In this document: one piece after another, positions 52,594 to 54,230 of the stretch
Layout: every line of letters begins with the position of its first letter
Position numbering within the stretch: position 1 is the first letter of the stretch
IMG/VR virus record: IMGVR_UViG_3300032223_000334
Location: 1-54,230 of that record
Strand: one strand, 5' to 3'
Length of the DNA: 54,230 nt
From: a virus
Program-made: the position numbers and the translations under genes
Notes under the pieces: model-generated
The model's database searches: none
Told to the model about the DNA's origin: nothing
What the model saw: the letters and a program-made list of their open reading frames with translations, nothing else

Positions 52594-54230
52594 ATGATGG
52601 CTGTTGAGATGCCCATACCGCAGGACTACAACAGGCACATCGCCCCGTTGTCTGAGGACACTGCTGAGTCTGATGAATCTATTAGTGAGCTGTTTGACCA
52701 AGAAGACCCAGAGGTTGAAGAGCTAGAAGATGGCTCAGCGATTGTACGCATGAGTGACTTGAAGGGGCCAGAGGAAGACCCTGACTTCTATCAGAACTTA
52801 GCTGAGTCAATAGAGTCTTACGAGCTGTCTGACATCGCTATGAAGTACCTAGACCTTATTGAGAAAGATAAGGAAGCTAGGGAAGAGCGTGATAAGCAAT
52901 ACGAAGATGGTCTACGCCGTACTGGTCTAGGGCATGATGCACCGGGTGGTGCTCAGTTCATGGGTGCATCTAAGGTAGTTCACCCTGTGATGGCTGAGGC
53001 GTGTGTTGACTTTGCAGCCCGTGCCATTAAAGAACTATTCCCACCTGACGGCCCTGTACGTACCAAGATCATTGGTGAGGTTACGGAAGAGAAGACTAAA
53101 CGCGCAGACCGTAAGCGCGACTACATGAATTGGCAGCTGACTGAGCAGATCGAAGAGTACCGCGACGAGCAAGAGCAGATGCTGACACAGCTACCATTGG
53201 GTGGCTCACAGTACATGAAGCTATGGTGGGATGAGCAGCGTAAGCGTCCTACTGCTGAGTTTGTACCTATTGACAACATCTACCTGCCCTTTGCAGCTGG
53301 TAACTTCTATACCGCAGCACGGGTGACTGAAGTTCAAGACATTACGCAAGAGGAGTATGACCTGCGTGTGGCGACTGGTTTGTATGCTGACCTTGGTGTG
53401 TACCGTGCGCCGATGGAGCCAGACCAAAGCAAGCCTGAGAAGGCTAACGACAAGATTGAAGGTAAGAAGCGCCAATCTGCAAACATCGATGGTGTGCGTC
53501 GTGTGTATCACATACAGACATGGCTAGACCTTGAAGATGACAAGCGCACTAAAGGTGAGCGCGCTCCTTATATCCTGATGATTGATGAGAACGAGCGTGA
53601 CGTTATTGGCTTGTATCGTAATTGGGAAGATGGCGACGATACATTAACAAAACTGGATCACATAATTGAGTTCAAATTTATTCCTTGGCGTGGGGCTTAT
53701 GCAATCGGACTCCCTCATCTCATTGGCGGTCTTAGCGCTGCTCTTACTGGCGCTCTTCGTGCTCTTCTTGATAGCGCCCATATTAATACCGCTCCGACTA
53801 TGCTCAAGCTTAAAGGAGCGAAGATTAGCGGTCAGTCCCAAGTTATCGAACCTACGCAAGTCGCTGAGATTGAAGGCGCTCCGGGGGTAGACGATGTACG
53901 TAAGATTGCGATGCCTGTGCCGTTCAATCAGCCCTCGCCTGTTCTATTCTCCCTATTAGGATGGCTAGATAACGCCGCAAAGGGCGTGGTGACTACGGCT
54001 GAGGAGAAGATAGCCGACATTACTTCTAACGCTCCTGTAGGCACTACACAGGCTTTAATTGAGCAAGGCGCTGCAGTCTTTAGTTCTATTCATGCTCGCT
54101 TACATGACTCACAACGTCGTGTGTTTAAGATTCTTGGCCGTTTAAATCGTTGGTACTTGGATGACCAACGCAAAGGCGAGATGGTTGCTGACTTGCCAAT
54201 AGCGACAGATGATTGGATTAGCAACTCTGA
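52594..54230 (+). CDS. Portal protein, N-terminal part. The ORF runs off the window end and continues at 2..1033 after circularisation, about 848 aa in total.
   Basis: Frame is open from ATG 52594 (a second ATG is at 52597; AAGAGG at 52585-90) to the window end with no stop, so it is absent from the ORF track. It is in frame with ORF 14..1033 through the 123-bp overlap ((54121-52594) is divisible by 3). The length, an acidic N-terminus, and its position near terL and upstream of the scaffold and capsid genes fit a portal. Confidence 0.75.
   Translation, partial: MMAVEMPIPQDYNRHIAPLSEDTAESDESISELFDQEDPEVEELEDGSAIVRMSDLKGPEEDPDFYQNLAESIESYELSDIAMKYLDLIEKDKEAREERDKQYEDGLRRTGLGHDAPGGAQFMGASKVVHPVMAEACVDFAARAIKELFPPDGPVRTKIIGEVTEEKTKRADRKRDYMNWQLTEQIEEYRDEQEQMLTQLPLGGSQYMKLWWDEQRKRPTAEFVPIDNIYLPFAAGNFYTAARVTEVQDITQEEYDLRVATGLYADLGVYRAPMEPDQSKPEKANDKIEGKKRQSANIDGVRRVYHIQTWLDLEDDKRTKGERAPYILMIDENERDVIGLYRNWEDGDDTLTKLDHIIEFKFIPWRGAYAIGLPHLIGGLSAALTGALRALLDSAHINTAPTMLKLKGAKISGQSQVIEPTQVAEIEGAPGVDDVRKIAMPVPFNQPSPVLFSLLGWLDNAAKGVVTTAEEKIADITSNAPVGTTQALIEQGAAVFSSIHARLHDSQRRVFKILGRLNRWYLDDQRKGEMVADLPIATDDWISNS
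54108..54230. repeat. Second copy of the terminal duplication (equals 1-123)
   Basis: Same as above. Confidence 0.95.

Overview
The window is a complete, circularly closed genome of a tailed dsDNA phage. Bases 1-123 repeat exactly at 54108-54230, so the unique length is 54107 bp, and the portal gene runs across the window edge.

Almost everything is on the + strand:
- Portal (52594..end, continuing at 2..1033).
- Head module (1026-7257): GroES-like co-chaperonin, acidic scaffold-like protein, HK97/Mu-gpT-like major capsid protein, His-rich protein.
- Large Thr/Ser-rich virion proteins and a tail-fibre cluster (7336-21937). The cluster contains a free-standing HNH-AP2 homing endonuclease, a glycine-rich protein and two paralogous proteins of 673 and 1129 aa built from reiterated LamG/concanavalin-like modules.
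- Lysis cassette (22097-24728): membrane proteins, Rz with embedded Rz1, GH19 endolysin.
- More virion and ejection-type proteins (24763-35572).
- A leftward early operon on the - strand (35584-38789): SSB, HTH protein, two PD-(D/E)XK-type nucleases.
- A rightward early/replication operon (38882-46801): Cro/YdaS-like regulator, replication organiser with an internal iteron and polypurine region, DnaB-like helicase, RuvC-like resolvase, many small ORFs.
- TerS and TerL (47558-49497) and a 933-aa ORF.

I recognised no tRNA, rRNA, CRISPR array, integrase, CI-type repressor, DNA polymerase, RNA polymerase, tape-measure or sheath gene. The phage is probably short-tailed and dependent on the host replisome.

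The most unusual element is a roughly 750-nt ORF-free, GC-enriched interval (46802-47557) just upstream of terS. It carries exact internal repeats that are mutually complementary and strand-asymmetric G-U pairs, which fits a large structured + strand ncRNA. A packaging-recognition region is the alternative.

Other notable points: a hydrophobic-x-x-G-G motif shared by many virion-module proteins, including a roughly 16% His protein; a CTAG-iteron plus (GA)n candidate origin; and a reiterated promoter/leader cassette (GCGAAACAGGAG-N6-ATG).

All functional calls come from reading the translations by eye. No database search was run.
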